Assembly (NCBI GenBank): GCA_964443365.1
Contig: CAYUCM010000001.1
Location: 6,467-54,431, forward strand
Length of the DNA: 47,965 nt
Source: an uncultured Candidatus Saccharibacteria bacterium
GTDB lineage: Bacteria > Patescibacteriota > Minisyncoccia > Phycocordibacterales > CAIZLB01
Reading direction: 5' to 3'
Positions 34,376-42,566 of this stretch are shown one piece after another. Under the pieces are notes generated by a model, which had not been told where the DNA came from, made no database searches, and worked only from the letters and a program-made list of their open reading frames with translations. Both the position numbers and the translations under genes were made by a program. Position 1 is the first letter of the stretch. Each line of letters opens with the position of its first letter.

Positions 34376-34633
34376 TTAAAATTGTATCTTTTTAATTTGT
34401 CTTTCAGAACTAATCTTATTAATAAAATCTATAATTTTGGCTTGATTTAAAAATATTTTATTTTTTTGAACAGAATCAACTTTGAAAATAACCGTGTTTT
34501 GTCTAAAAAACATGGTTTTTTCATTTATTCTTAAATTAAATTCCTTATTTATAGCCTCAAAAACCTCTTTTTTTTCTTCTATTGGGTTTTTAATTAACTT
34601 ATAGTTTTGCAATAAATCATCAAGTTTAATCAT
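34376..34633 (-). CDS. small protein downstream of dnaN, possibly DUF721/DciA-like
   Basis: 85 aa. The C-terminal pattern NTVIFKVDSVQKNKIFLNQAKIIDFINKISSERQIKKIQF resembles the DUF721 core. The call rests on position plus this pattern. Confidence 0.35.
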   Translation of the reverse strand: MIKLDDLLQNYKLIKNPIEEKKEVFEAINKEFNLRINEKTMFFRQNTVIFKVDSVQKNKIFLNQAKIIDFINKISSERQIKKIQF

Positions 34634-34655
34634 TTTTATTATTTTAAAGATTCCT

Positions 34656-35759
34656 TTAACGATTCATAGGCATCAACAAATACAAGAAATTACTGTTTTC
34701 TCCAATAGGCTTTAGAATCATTGGTTTATTAATTCCACTGAATGAAATAGAAATACTTTCTGAACCAACTGAGTTTAGGGCATCTAATATATATTTATAA
34801 TTAAAATTAATATCTATAGAATCTCCTATAATTTTTCCATTTAAATTGGCTGAATTTTCTCCAATTTCATTGTTTTTTGTTATAATTTCTATATTATTTT
34901 CTTCTTTTCTAACTATAATTTTAATATGGTTAAAGGAATCAGAAAATATTGAACTCATTTTTAAGGTATTTAGAACGTCCTGCTTTAAAACAACAATTTC
35001 TGAAACAAAGTCTTTTGGAATAATCGCTTTATAATTAGGAAAATTTCCTTCTATTATTCTAGAAACCAAATATATATCCCCATAAGATATAGCTATTTGA
35101 TTTTGTTCCATAGTTATAGAAAGGTTTTCATCTACACCTTCAAAAACCCTAATTATTTCAACAGCATTTTTAACTGGTATTAAAATTTGAGAAAAATCTG
35201 GCATCTGTTTTGTTTTTACAGTTTTTTCTGCAAGACGCAAACCATCGGTTGCAACAAACACAATAGAATCCCCTTCTGTGGTCACACAGACACTCGAGAG
35301 CTCTGGTTTAATACTTGATGTGGCAGAACTATACCAAACCGCCTTAACACCCTCTATGAAGGCACCTGCGGGCATACTAAAACCCGAAGAGGTGTCCACG
35401 CTTGGTATTATAGGATAATCATCTGTTGGTAGTGTTTTTATTACCGTATTTGTTTTTGATGTAGAAACTATCAAGCTGCCATCCTTAGAATCCAATTCAA
35501 CATTTTTTTCAGAAGATAAATTATTAAGAAAAGAATTTAGTGTTGATCCTGGAACCGCTACTTCACCCTCTTCATCAATCTTTGCTGTTATTTTAATTTT
35601 TATACCAATATCCAAATTTGTTGCACAAACAAAAAGTCCGTCTTTGTCAGCTTTTAACAAAATACACTTCAAAGAAGGTAGTGAAGCATTCTTGCTGGTT
35701 ATCTTTTCAACCTTAGAAACAGCTTCTGATAATTTTTCTCTTAAGCACTCTAATTTCAT
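34656..35759 (-). CDS. dnaN: DNA polymerase III beta sliding clamp
   Basis: 367 aa. MKLECLREKLSEAVSKVEKITSKNASLPSLKCILLKA... Three-domain length. Directly downstream of dnaA. Confidence 0.9.
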   Translation of the reverse strand: MKLECLREKLSEAVSKVEKITSKNASLPSLKCILLKADKDGLFVCATNLDIGIKIKITAKIDEEGEVAVPGSTLNSFLNNLSSEKNVELDSKDGSLIVSTSKTNTVIKTLPTDDYPIIPSVDTSSGFSMPAGAFIEGVKAVWYSSATSSIKPELSSVCVTTEGDSIVFVATDGLRLAEKTVKTKQMPDFSQILIPVKNAVEIIRVFEGVDENLSITMEQNQIAISYGDIYLVSRIIEGNFPNYKAIIPKDFVSEIVVLKQDVLNTLKMSSIFSDSFNHIKIIVRKEENNIEIITKNNEIGENSANLNGKIIGDSIDINFNYKYILDALNSVGSESISISFSGINKPMILKPIGENSNFLYLLMPMNR

Positions 35760-35812
35760 ATGTGTATTAATTATATACTTTTATAAATAAAAACAAATAC
35801 TACTATTAATCC

Positions 35813-35829
35813 TGTGGATATGTGGACTT
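35813..35829 (-). promoter_or_regulatory. two overlapping DnaA-box-like sites
   Basis: tgtggatat is the reverse complement of aTATCCACA (8/9 to TTATCCACA). tgtggactt is weaker (6/9). Confidence 0.45.
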
Positions 35830-35991
35830 TTTGTTTTATCTACTAATATAAAGGTTTTTTAATAAAAGACAAACTAAAAGACGGTGTTTCAAAAGGTGGC
35901 TTTAACAATGTCTTTTATGGTGGTGTTAATAAGTACACCTTTAATTAACAGGTTATTTTTAAATAAAAACAGCTTCAACACAGTCTTATAA

Positions 35992-36030
35992 CAAGATATC
36001 AATATGTTATTAACAGGTTATTAACATATT
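35992..36030 (+). repeat. 28-nt repeat copy 2, extended into a 13-4-13 near-palindrome
   Basis: caagatatcaatatgttattaacaggtt (35992-36019). aatatgttattaa-cagg-ttattaacatatt (36001-36030) has arms complementary at 12/13. It also contains gttattaaca twice at 11-nt phasing. A further ttaacaggttatt copy lies at 35945-35957. Confidence 0.85.
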
Positions 36031-36060
36031 TAATACTAAAATAATAATTAAATTAACCCA

Positions 36061-36097
36061 AACAACAAGACCTTGGGTTGCTCAAGGTCTTGTTGTT
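36061..36097. terminator. 14-bp perfect hairpin downstream of dnaA
   Basis: aacaacaagacctt-gggttgctc-aaggtcttgttgtt. Confidence 0.7.
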
Positions 36098-36123
36098 ATA
36101 TATTTGCTAGTGCTATTTATGAT

Positions 36124-37458
36124 TTAAATCATTGCCCTTATTTGATTGATTTCCGACTGTAATTCTGGATTAATTTTTATCTCATTCTTAATCTTTTCAC
36201 AGGAGTGTATAACTGTTGTGTGATCTCTCCCTCCTAGTTTTTGACCAATTGATGGAAGGGATATGTTGTAGTCCTCTCTTAAAATGTACATAGTTAATTG
36301 TCTAGGTTTAACCACCTCTTGTCTTCTTGTTTTGTTGTAAATAGTATCTTCCTCTAAATTATAGAACGAAGATACAGCCCTAACTACATCCTTAACAGAA
36401 ACTGTTCTGTGGGGTCTTCCCGTGTTTTTTGTGTGTTGTTTAATTTCAGAAAGACTCAAATCTCTACCTTTTAGTTGAGATTGGCAAATTATGGTGTTTA
36501 AAACTCCCTCAAGCTCTCTAATGCTGCCATCTACTGAAGAAGCTAAATAAGAGGCTGTTTCATCAGAAAGGTTAAAATTGTTGATTCTAGCCTTTGTTTT
36601 TAATATTGCCATTCTTGATTCTGTATCTGCTGGTGAAATATCAATAATCATTCCAGACATAAACCTTGATTTTAGGCGATCTTCCAGGTTTGGTAGGTAA
36701 TTTACATGAACATCTGATGAAAAGATGATTTGTTTGTTGTTGTCATATAAATAGTTAAACAAATGGAACAATTCTTCCTGAGTTTTTTCTTTATTGGATA
36801 GAAACTGTATATCGTCCATAATAAAAACGTCATATTTTCTATATTTTTCCTTAAAATTGTTGATTTTTCCAGATTGTAGGGATGTTATATAGTCTGTTGT
36901 GAATTTTTCAGAGGTAACATAAAAAACACGCCTATCTTTATTGTGATTTTTGATATAATTACCCACAGCCTGCATTAAGTGTGTTTTACCCAGTCCTGTG
37001 TTGCCATAGTAAAAAAGAGGGTTATAGGCAACCGGTTTTTTAATGATTGCTTGTGCTGCTGCGTGTGCTAATTCATTAAATTGTCCAACAACGAAGTTTT
37101 CAAAGGTATATCTTGGGTTTAAATTGTCTTCAGGGCTGATAAATAAGCCGCTTAGAGGTAATTCTTTAATAGTTTGACCGTCCTCACTCCCCTCGCCTTC
37201 TTTTTTCTTTTTTTGTGTTGAAATAATGTATTCAATTGATCTAATTGATTCATTTTTTCCTCTCAAAATTTCTAATATTTTTTTATGATATCTTTGAGAT
37301 AGCCATTCTTTAGCAAAAGTGTTTGGAACAGCTAGATAAACCACCCCACCCTCTATCTTGTTGATGTATGTATCCTTAAACCATGTTGAAAAATTAGCTC
37401 TAGAAACTTCAATCTCCATTTGTGCCAATAAATCATCCCATAGTTTTTTAATATCCAT
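36124..37458 (-). CDS. dnaA: chromosomal replication initiator DnaA
   Basis: NPLFYYGNTGLGKTHLMQAVGN Walker A, FIMDDIQFL Walker B, C-terminal DNA-binding SLPSIGQKLGGRDHTTVIHSCEKI. Confidence 0.95.
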   Translation of the reverse strand: MDIKKLWDDLLAQMEIEVSRANFSTWFKDTYINKIEGGVVYLAVPNTFAKEWLSQRYHKKILEILRGKNESIRSIEYIISTQKKKKEGEGSEDGQTIKELPLSGLFISPEDNLNPRYTFENFVVGQFNELAHAAAQAIIKKPVAYNPLFYYGNTGLGKTHLMQAVGNYIKNHNKDRRVFYVTSEKFTTDYITSLQSGKINNFKEKYRKYDVFIMDDIQFLSNKEKTQEELFHLFNYLYDNNKQIIFSSDVHVNYLPNLEDRLKSRFMSGMIIDISPADTESRMAILKTKARINNFNLSDETASYLASSVDGSIRELEGVLNTIICQSQLKGRDLSLSEIKQHTKNTGRPHRTVSVKDVVRAVSSFYNLEEDTIYNKTRRQEVVKPRQLTMYILREDYNISLPSIGQKLGGRDHTTVIHSCEKIKNEIKINPELQSEINQIRAMI

Positions 37459-37527
37459 AGTGGTGAATATTATACCCCCTGATTTTTTAAAAGAAACTTG
37501 AATAATACAAAAAAGTATGTTGATACA

Positions 37528-37536
37528 TGTGGATAA
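37528..37536 (-). promoter_or_regulatory. perfect DnaA box
   Basis: tgtggataa is the reverse complement of TTATCCACA. It lies next to a long A/T-only stretch (37541-37580). Confidence 0.7.
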
Positions 37537-37576
37537 CCCTGTATTTTTTTTAAAAATATTTTATAAATTTTTTTTA

Positions 37577-37605
37577 TTTACAAAAACACAAAAATGATGT
37601 AATAT
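37577..37605 (+). promoter_or_regulatory. sigma70-like promoter for rpmH
   Basis: TTTACA, 17-nt spacer, TAATAT, then 7 nt to the ATG at 37613. Confidence 0.55.
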
Positions 37606-37612
37606 CCTTCTT

Positions 37613-37753
37613 ATGTCACAAACATACCAACCAAATAAAAGAAAGAGAGCAAAAACACATGGTTTTTTGGCCAGAAAGAAAACACATGGCGGACGCCGTG
37701 TTGTAGCCGCTCGTAGAGCAAAAGGAAGAAAGAAGCTTACAGCTTCAGTCTAA
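37613..37753 (+). CDS. rpmH: ribosomal protein L34 (not in the ORF track; 46 aa)
   Basis: Hand translation: [46 protein letters not shown]-stop. Confidence 0.9.
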   Translation: MSQTYQPNKRKRAKTHGFLARKKTHGGRRVVAARRAKGRKKLTASV

Positions 37754-37765
37754 TCCTATTTTATT

Positions 37766-38137
37766 TTGAAAAAGATGACTAAAATTAAAGGTTTATCTTC
37801 TTCACAAATTAGTTTAATTATGAAAAAAGGAGGGGTCTGCAACTCAGGCTCTTTTCTTTTTAAAACACATATAATTAATAATTCTATAGAAGGAGGGGTT
37901 TTGAGGGGTTCTTTTATTATTTCGAAAAAGAAAACAAAAAAAGCCGTAGATAGAAACAAAATCAAAAGAATTTTTAAAGAGTCTTTTTTAGAGGCCTTTA
38001 ATAATTTAAGCCCTACTAATACAGCAATAGATATTCCCCCTTTTATCGTTCTAATCAAAACAAACAAAAGTAAATTTTTACATTTAACAGAAGAAATTAG
38101 GCAATTTCTACTAAAAAATTATATAATTAAACAATGA
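37766..38137 (+). CDS. rnpA: RNase P protein component
   Basis: KKAVDRNKIKRIFKESF motif; position between rpmH and yidC. Its TGA stop overlaps the yidC ATG (ATGA). Confidence 0.8.
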   Translation: MKKMTKIKGLSSSQISLIMKKGGVCNSGSFLFKTHIINNSIEGGVLRGSFIISKKKTKKAVDRNKIKRIFKESFLEAFNNLSPTNTAIDIPPFIVLIKTNKSKFLHLTEEIRQFLLKNYIIKQ

Positions 38138-38850
38138 TAACGAATTTTTTTACAAACACTTTCTATATTCCCCTTTATAATGGATTGGTATTTATAATTA
38201 ATCATACACCAGGGTTTGATCTTGGTTTGGCGGTTATTGTTTTCACTTGTATTGTTAAGTTTATATTGATGCCCCTTTCTAAAAAATCTGTTGTTACACA
38301 GTTAAAAATGAAAGAGCTGGAGCCTGAATTAAATAAACTAAAAGAACAATATGCAAAAAACAAAGAAGAACAAGCAAGAAAGTTATTGGAATTTTACAGA
38401 GAAAATAATTTAAACCCATTTTCTGGAATACTTTTAATTTTAATACAAATTCCTATTATCTTTTCTTTGGCAGCTATTTTTTATAGAGCCGGACTTCCTG
38501 TAATAAATGTTGATGCTTTGTATTCATTCGTTTCTAATCCTGAAAGTGTAAATGTTTTATTTTTAGGCTTCTTAGATATAACAAAAAAGAGTATTTGGTT
38601 AAGTATTTTGGTGGGAATAACACAATTCGTTCAAATAAGATATTCTGTTCCAGCCTTTAAATCAACAGGAAAAGGTGGTGCACAAGAAGATTTTGCCAAA
38701 AGTATGAATGTTCAAATGAGATATACTATGCCCGCCATTGTTTTTTTAATCTCATTTAGTTTAACATCAGCCATTTCTTTGTATTGGATTACTTCAAACG
38801 TTTTTGCTATTGCACAAGAAATGTACTTTAGAAAAACCGTTAAGAAATAA
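38134..38850 (+). CDS. yidC: membrane protein insertase YidC (short, monoderm-type)
   Basis: PLSKKSVVTQLKMKELEPELNKLKEQY...LEFYRENNLNPFSG..LLILIQIPIIFSL. Confidence 0.85.
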   Translation: MITNFFTNTFYIPLYNGLVFIINHTPGFDLGLAVIVFTCIVKFILMPLSKKSVVTQLKMKELEPELNKLKEQYAKNKEEQARKLLEFYRENNLNPFSGILLILIQIPIIFSLAAIFYRAGLPVINVDALYSFVSNPESVNVLFLGFLDITKKSIWLSILVGITQFVQIRYSVPAFKSTGKGGAQEDFAKSMNVQMRYTMPAIVFLISFSLTSAISLYWITSNVFAIAQEMYFRKTVKK

Positions 38851-38867
38851 CAGAATAAACATTGTAT

Positions 38868-38893
38868 TAAAAAACCACCGTCGGTGGTTTTTT
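38868..38893. terminator. bidirectional terminator between yidC and the T4SS-like operon
   Basis: aaaaaccac-cgtcg-gtggttttt. Confidence 0.75.
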
Positions 38894-38898
38894 AATAG

Positions 38899-40338
38899 TT
38901 AATTTTGTTTTGTTGATTTGGTGGAGGTTGCTTTGGCGCCTGTGTTTGTTGTATTTTTTGTTTCTACAGATTTGGTACTCGTTGCCGCTTCTGTTTTTGG
39001 TTTTGGGATTTCAAAGCCCCACAGACTAAGATCTTTTTTGTTTGAAAAAATAATATAATCCTCTTTTTTGCTTAAATTCATATTAATAATATCTAGTCCC
39101 GTCTTAACAAAATCTTTTGTTACAACAAGAAGTTTGTTTTCTTGTGTTTCTACATTAATTTTCCAAATATTGTCGTCAAAAAACACTAGCCCTTGATACC
39201 ATGCGTCTGGATATGGTGCATATGTAATAGCTTCACCTGCGGCACAATAAACCACACTCTTTTCTAATTTTGACCAAACACATTTTTCAGGTAAAACCTT
39301 TAAAAACAAATCTTTTGTGCTGTTATTTTTTGTGTCTAAAACAGAAAGTTTTATAGACCCATCAACAGATTCCCCAACTAATACCTTGAGTCCGTCCGGA
39401 GACATTAGGGTGGTTAGCCCCGCCTTTTCGCCAACAAGTCTTTTAAATGATTTAATTTTTGGATTAATTGTATATGCAAAACCATTGGCATATGCTGAGG
39501 GTTTTGTGTTTAAAACAATAATGTCTTTGTTTGGCCAAGACAATAACCACTCTCTAAATGGCGATTTATATATTATTACAGCTCCTGTACCGTCTAATTT
39601 GCTTGTTTTAATGATAGATTCAACACCTTTTGTTTCTGTATAATAGACGAGAGAATCTTTTTCTGGTGAAATTGCAGGGAAAAGCATATTATACTCCAAG
39701 TCTTTGGTTTTTAGAGATAACTCTGTAGAGGTTGCATCTTGATAAAACAATGTTGCAAGCTTTGTTTCTATTATGTCGGAGTTTTTTAATAAACCTCTAA
39801 ATATTATATTTTCTCCCTTCAAATCAAACAAAGATTCCAACATCCTTGTTTGTGTTGAATTTGATATTCTTAAATTTTTTAACGAAGAAGAAGCCGTCTC
39901 ATAAACATAACCTGTTCCCCTTTCTACAAAACGTATTTTTTCTTCCTGACCAATAATTTTAGGTTTTATAATTTGTTTTTTTCCAACATTTTTACTACTA
40001 CTTGCTATTAACGTGCTGCTTGTTGAATAAATGTCTTTTGTTATAAATGTAAAACCAGATACGGGAGAAGAGTGAATCATTCTAAGTGGTGGAACCTGTG
40101 GTGTGGATGTTGATGTTGGTTTACTTGTTTCTGGTTCTTGATTGGAAGTTGAATTTGTTGTGTCTTTTGGTAAATCTGTTCTAACCCCACCAACTCCACC
40201 AAAAATATTTTTATCAGTATTATTTACTGGTGTTAGTTCTGTTGTTGATTTGTTTGTATAGAAATAAAGACCAAGAATAACACCAGCGGCCAAACTTAGT
40301 ATTAGAATTATTATTATAAAAAGTTTTGTTTTTGACAT
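38899..40338 (-). CDS. secreted/anchored 479-aa protein with Ser/Thr-rich linkers (last gene of the T4SS-like operon)
   Basis: N-terminal TM LFIIIILILSLAAGVILGLYFY. A Thr/Ser/Pro-rich segment, then a large beta-rich-looking domain, then a Thr/Lys-rich tail. Confidence 0.55.
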   Translation of the reverse strand: MSKTKLFIIIILILSLAAGVILGLYFYTNKSTTELTPVNNTDKNIFGGVGGVRTDLPKDTTNSTSNQEPETSKPTSTSTPQVPPLRMIHSSPVSGFTFITKDIYSTSSTLIASSSKNVGKKQIIKPKIIGQEEKIRFVERGTGYVYETASSSLKNLRISNSTQTRMLESLFDLKGENIIFRGLLKNSDIIETKLATLFYQDATSTELSLKTKDLEYNMLFPAISPEKDSLVYYTETKGVESIIKTSKLDGTGAVIIYKSPFREWLLSWPNKDIIVLNTKPSAYANGFAYTINPKIKSFKRLVGEKAGLTTLMSPDGLKVLVGESVDGSIKLSVLDTKNNSTKDLFLKVLPEKCVWSKLEKSVVYCAAGEAITYAPYPDAWYQGLVFFDDNIWKINVETQENKLLVVTKDFVKTGLDIINMNLSKKEDYIIFSNKKDLSLWGFEIPKPKTEAATSTKSVETKNTTNTGAKATSTKSTKQN

Positions 40339-40342
40339 GTTT

Positions 40343-40942
40343 TTACTTTGTTAATAATAATGTTTCTACATTGTTTGTTTGTAATACAAGTTCTGGGTTG
40401 ATTGTATAAAGAATAACATATGAAAATAGTGCGATTAAAAGCCCGGCAATGGCTGATTTAATCATGTCCCGCCCCTTTTCTGTTCCAGAAATAGAGTCTG
40501 TTGTACCAAGTCTTATTCCCCCAAGTGTTATCATTACTATTGCGAGAGCAACAGCCGCCATTATTCCAATTTTATACAATCTAGAAAAAAATTCCCCAAG
40601 CGCAGGTAATTTTAATATACCCTTCTCCTCCCCCAGTAGTCCATTTAAAGGGGCAAGCATACAATAGTTGTATTTATTGTCTCTTGCGCTTATAGAACAA
40701 TCAGAACCTGAACTATTGTTTGTTGTTTTTGATGCTGTGGGTGTTATAACAGGAGCTTGATTTTGTGTTGATTCTGCAAATTCAGGAAAGAGTTGATTAA
40801 AAACCTCACCGTTTGTACTTTGACCATTTATTCCATCCACGTATGGGGTTGTCATTGCGGCCAGGCCTATATTAAAGGCAAAAACAAACATAATCAAAAC
40901 AGTCGCTATAACTCTAAAAGTTTTTTTAATCGAAAAAATCAT
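40343..40942 (-). CDS. VirB2/TrbC-like T4SS pilin candidate
   Basis: Signal peptide IATVLIMFVFAFNIGLAAM. The C-terminus has two hydrophobic helices (IGIMAAVALAIVMITLGGI and AIAGLLIALFSYVILYTI) separated by a short charged loop, which is a VirB2-like topology. Confidence 0.45.
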   Translation of the reverse strand: MIFSIKKTFRVIATVLIMFVFAFNIGLAAMTTPYVDGINGQSTNGEVFNQLFPEFAESTQNQAPVITPTASKTTNNSSGSDCSISARDNKYNYCMLAPLNGLLGEEKGILKLPALGEFFSRLYKIGIMAAVALAIVMITLGGIRLGTTDSISGTEKGRDMIKSAIAGLLIALFSYVILYTINPELVLQTNNVETLLLTK

Positions 40943-40980
40943 TACTAATATAATACAACAAATTAAGCTTTGTGTATATT

Positions 40981-42024
40981 TTAATTTGCACCAAATATAA
41001 ATTCTAAAATATTTTTTGTAGATTGGGTAATGTATTTAGGATTGATTATATCAACAAGAATTGATGCTGAACTTATAGCCTCTTTTTCATTTTGTTTAAC
41101 CACAATAGAGCTTGTGTTTGATGGCAGGCTTATTTTTTCTGAATTAATATACCAAGTATAATTAAGATCCGTATTTTTGTTGTTTACGCTAAAATTATAA
41201 GGAAAAACACTGATTTTAGCTTCTTTTCTCTTTTTTAAATCGATTTGATTTCTCAGAGAATAATTGAACATTATGCCGTTTGTTGGGTTGTCTTCGTAAA
41301 ATAGTACAAAAGAATTTTTTTCTGTTAAATCAACACTGCCGGAGCCTTTTTTGCTGCTATTGTTTACAGGATAGGCCTCCACCTCTATTGTTGTGTCCTG
41401 CGATAATATGTCCGCAATATATTTAAAAGAGTTTTTTCCCTTACCAGAATAATCCCCCTGTACTTCTCCATTGACTATCCATTTATAGACAACAGACGAA
41501 TCCGGAGTTCTGCTCTTTCCATCGATAAAATTAGGAATAGTAACCATATTTACGGCCGATTCCGCAGAAAACAGAGCCTTTCCTTTATAAAATGGTGGTG
41601 TATAAGTTTCTGCTTGCCACAATAAATCTATATTTGTTGGGTTAAAAACAAAGGTTTTGCTTATTTTTGGTTGATTTTTTGGATAAATATTAACAATAAT
41701 TTTGCTCTCTGTTCCATTTCCAACCTGAAAAACAAATCTCTTTTCACCAACACCTCTTAGTTGTTGTTTGTTGTTTAAAATCCACTGCACATCTGTTGAA
41801 TCAAGGTCTAAGCTGTATGTTTCTAAAGAAATTGTGACAGTTTCTCCTGGTTTTGGGCTTTCTGGGGAAATGTTAATATCCAGCTGTTCTTTAATTTCTG
41901 GTATTTCTCCTGGCACAGGAATATAAGCTTCCGCCTCAACCCTTTTGTTTTGTATAGAAAAAATAATTACAAAAACAGCAATGAGAGTTAAAAAAATAAA
42001 ATGTTTTTTCAATAGAAAATTCAT
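40981..42024 (-). CDS. secreted 347-aa hypothetical protein
   Basis: N-terminal TM/signal FIFLTLIAVFVIIFSI; beta-rich sequence beyond it. No family recognised. Confidence 0.5.
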   Translation of the reverse strand: MNFLLKKHFIFLTLIAVFVIIFSIQNKRVEAEAYIPVPGEIPEIKEQLDINISPESPKPGETVTISLETYSLDLDSTDVQWILNNKQQLRGVGEKRFVFQVGNGTESKIIVNIYPKNQPKISKTFVFNPTNIDLLWQAETYTPPFYKGKALFSAESAVNMVTIPNFIDGKSRTPDSSVVYKWIVNGEVQGDYSGKGKNSFKYIADILSQDTTIEVEAYPVNNSSKKGSGSVDLTEKNSFVLFYEDNPTNGIMFNYSLRNQIDLKKRKEAKISVFPYNFSVNNKNTDLNYTWYINSEKISLPSNTSSIVVKQNEKEAISSASILVDIINPKYITQSTKNILEFIFGAN

Positions 42025-42053
42025 TAGTATATATTATACACCAATATTATTTT

Positions 42054-42539
42054 TTATGAACGATCATTTTGTAAAAACTGTTGAATTTTATTTTGTTCAG
42101 GGTTTCCTACTAATACCGCCACATCCTTTTTGTCATTCCCGTTATCATTATTATCATCTTTTTGAATCATTGGACCAAGGTTTAATATCACACTTAATAC
42201 AAAACCAGGAAGTGCGTTTAAAACAGGTATGGTTTCTATTAAGGCGCTTGATCCAAATTTAGAACTGTTTTTTAAATGAAATTTTAAGCCCAATTTTCTA
42301 TATATGAAGAAAAACAAACCAAAGCCGGGTGCCGTAATGAAAACCGCGGATATAAAACCACCAACCACCACTATTAAGTTTATTAAGGCAGACACAGTAT
42401 CAAAAACAATCGCTAAAGCAATCATCTTATAAAAAGTACCTCTTGTAATGGTTTTTTCTTCAGAAGATGAATCTCCATTTGTCTGATCTTCCATTTCCTG
42501 TGCGAGTTGTTGTTGGGCTAATGCCTGGTCCTCGTTCAT
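42054..42539 (-). CDS. multi-TM small membrane protein
   Basis: 161 aa: acidic N-terminus, then hydrophobic segments MIALAIVFDTVSALINLIVVVGGFISAVFI, GFGLFFFIY and IPVLNALPGFVLSVILNL. Confidence 0.5.
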   Translation of the reverse strand: MNEDQALAQQQLAQEMEDQTNGDSSSEEKTITRGTFYKMIALAIVFDTVSALINLIVVVGGFISAVFITAPGFGLFFFIYRKLGLKFHLKNSSKFGSSALIETIPVLNALPGFVLSVILNLGPMIQKDDNNDNGNDKKDVAVLVGNPEQNKIQQFLQNDRS

Positions 42540-42566
42540 AAATTATATTTTATTAAACCCGGTTGT

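Noticed and set aside
31459-36019. The 28-nt direct repeats as attL/attR of an integrated element
   Set aside because: The enclosed genes (acidic protein, class A PBP, DUF721-like, dnaN) are core functions with host-like composition, and no integrase is present. A shared protein-binding site is more plausible.
38134-38137. Alternative genetic code (UGA recoding), as in some CPR lineages
   Set aside because: rnpA ends at a TGA that overlaps the yidC ATG (ATGA) at the expected protein length. Long ORFs are intact under the standard code with TAA, TAG and TGA stops.
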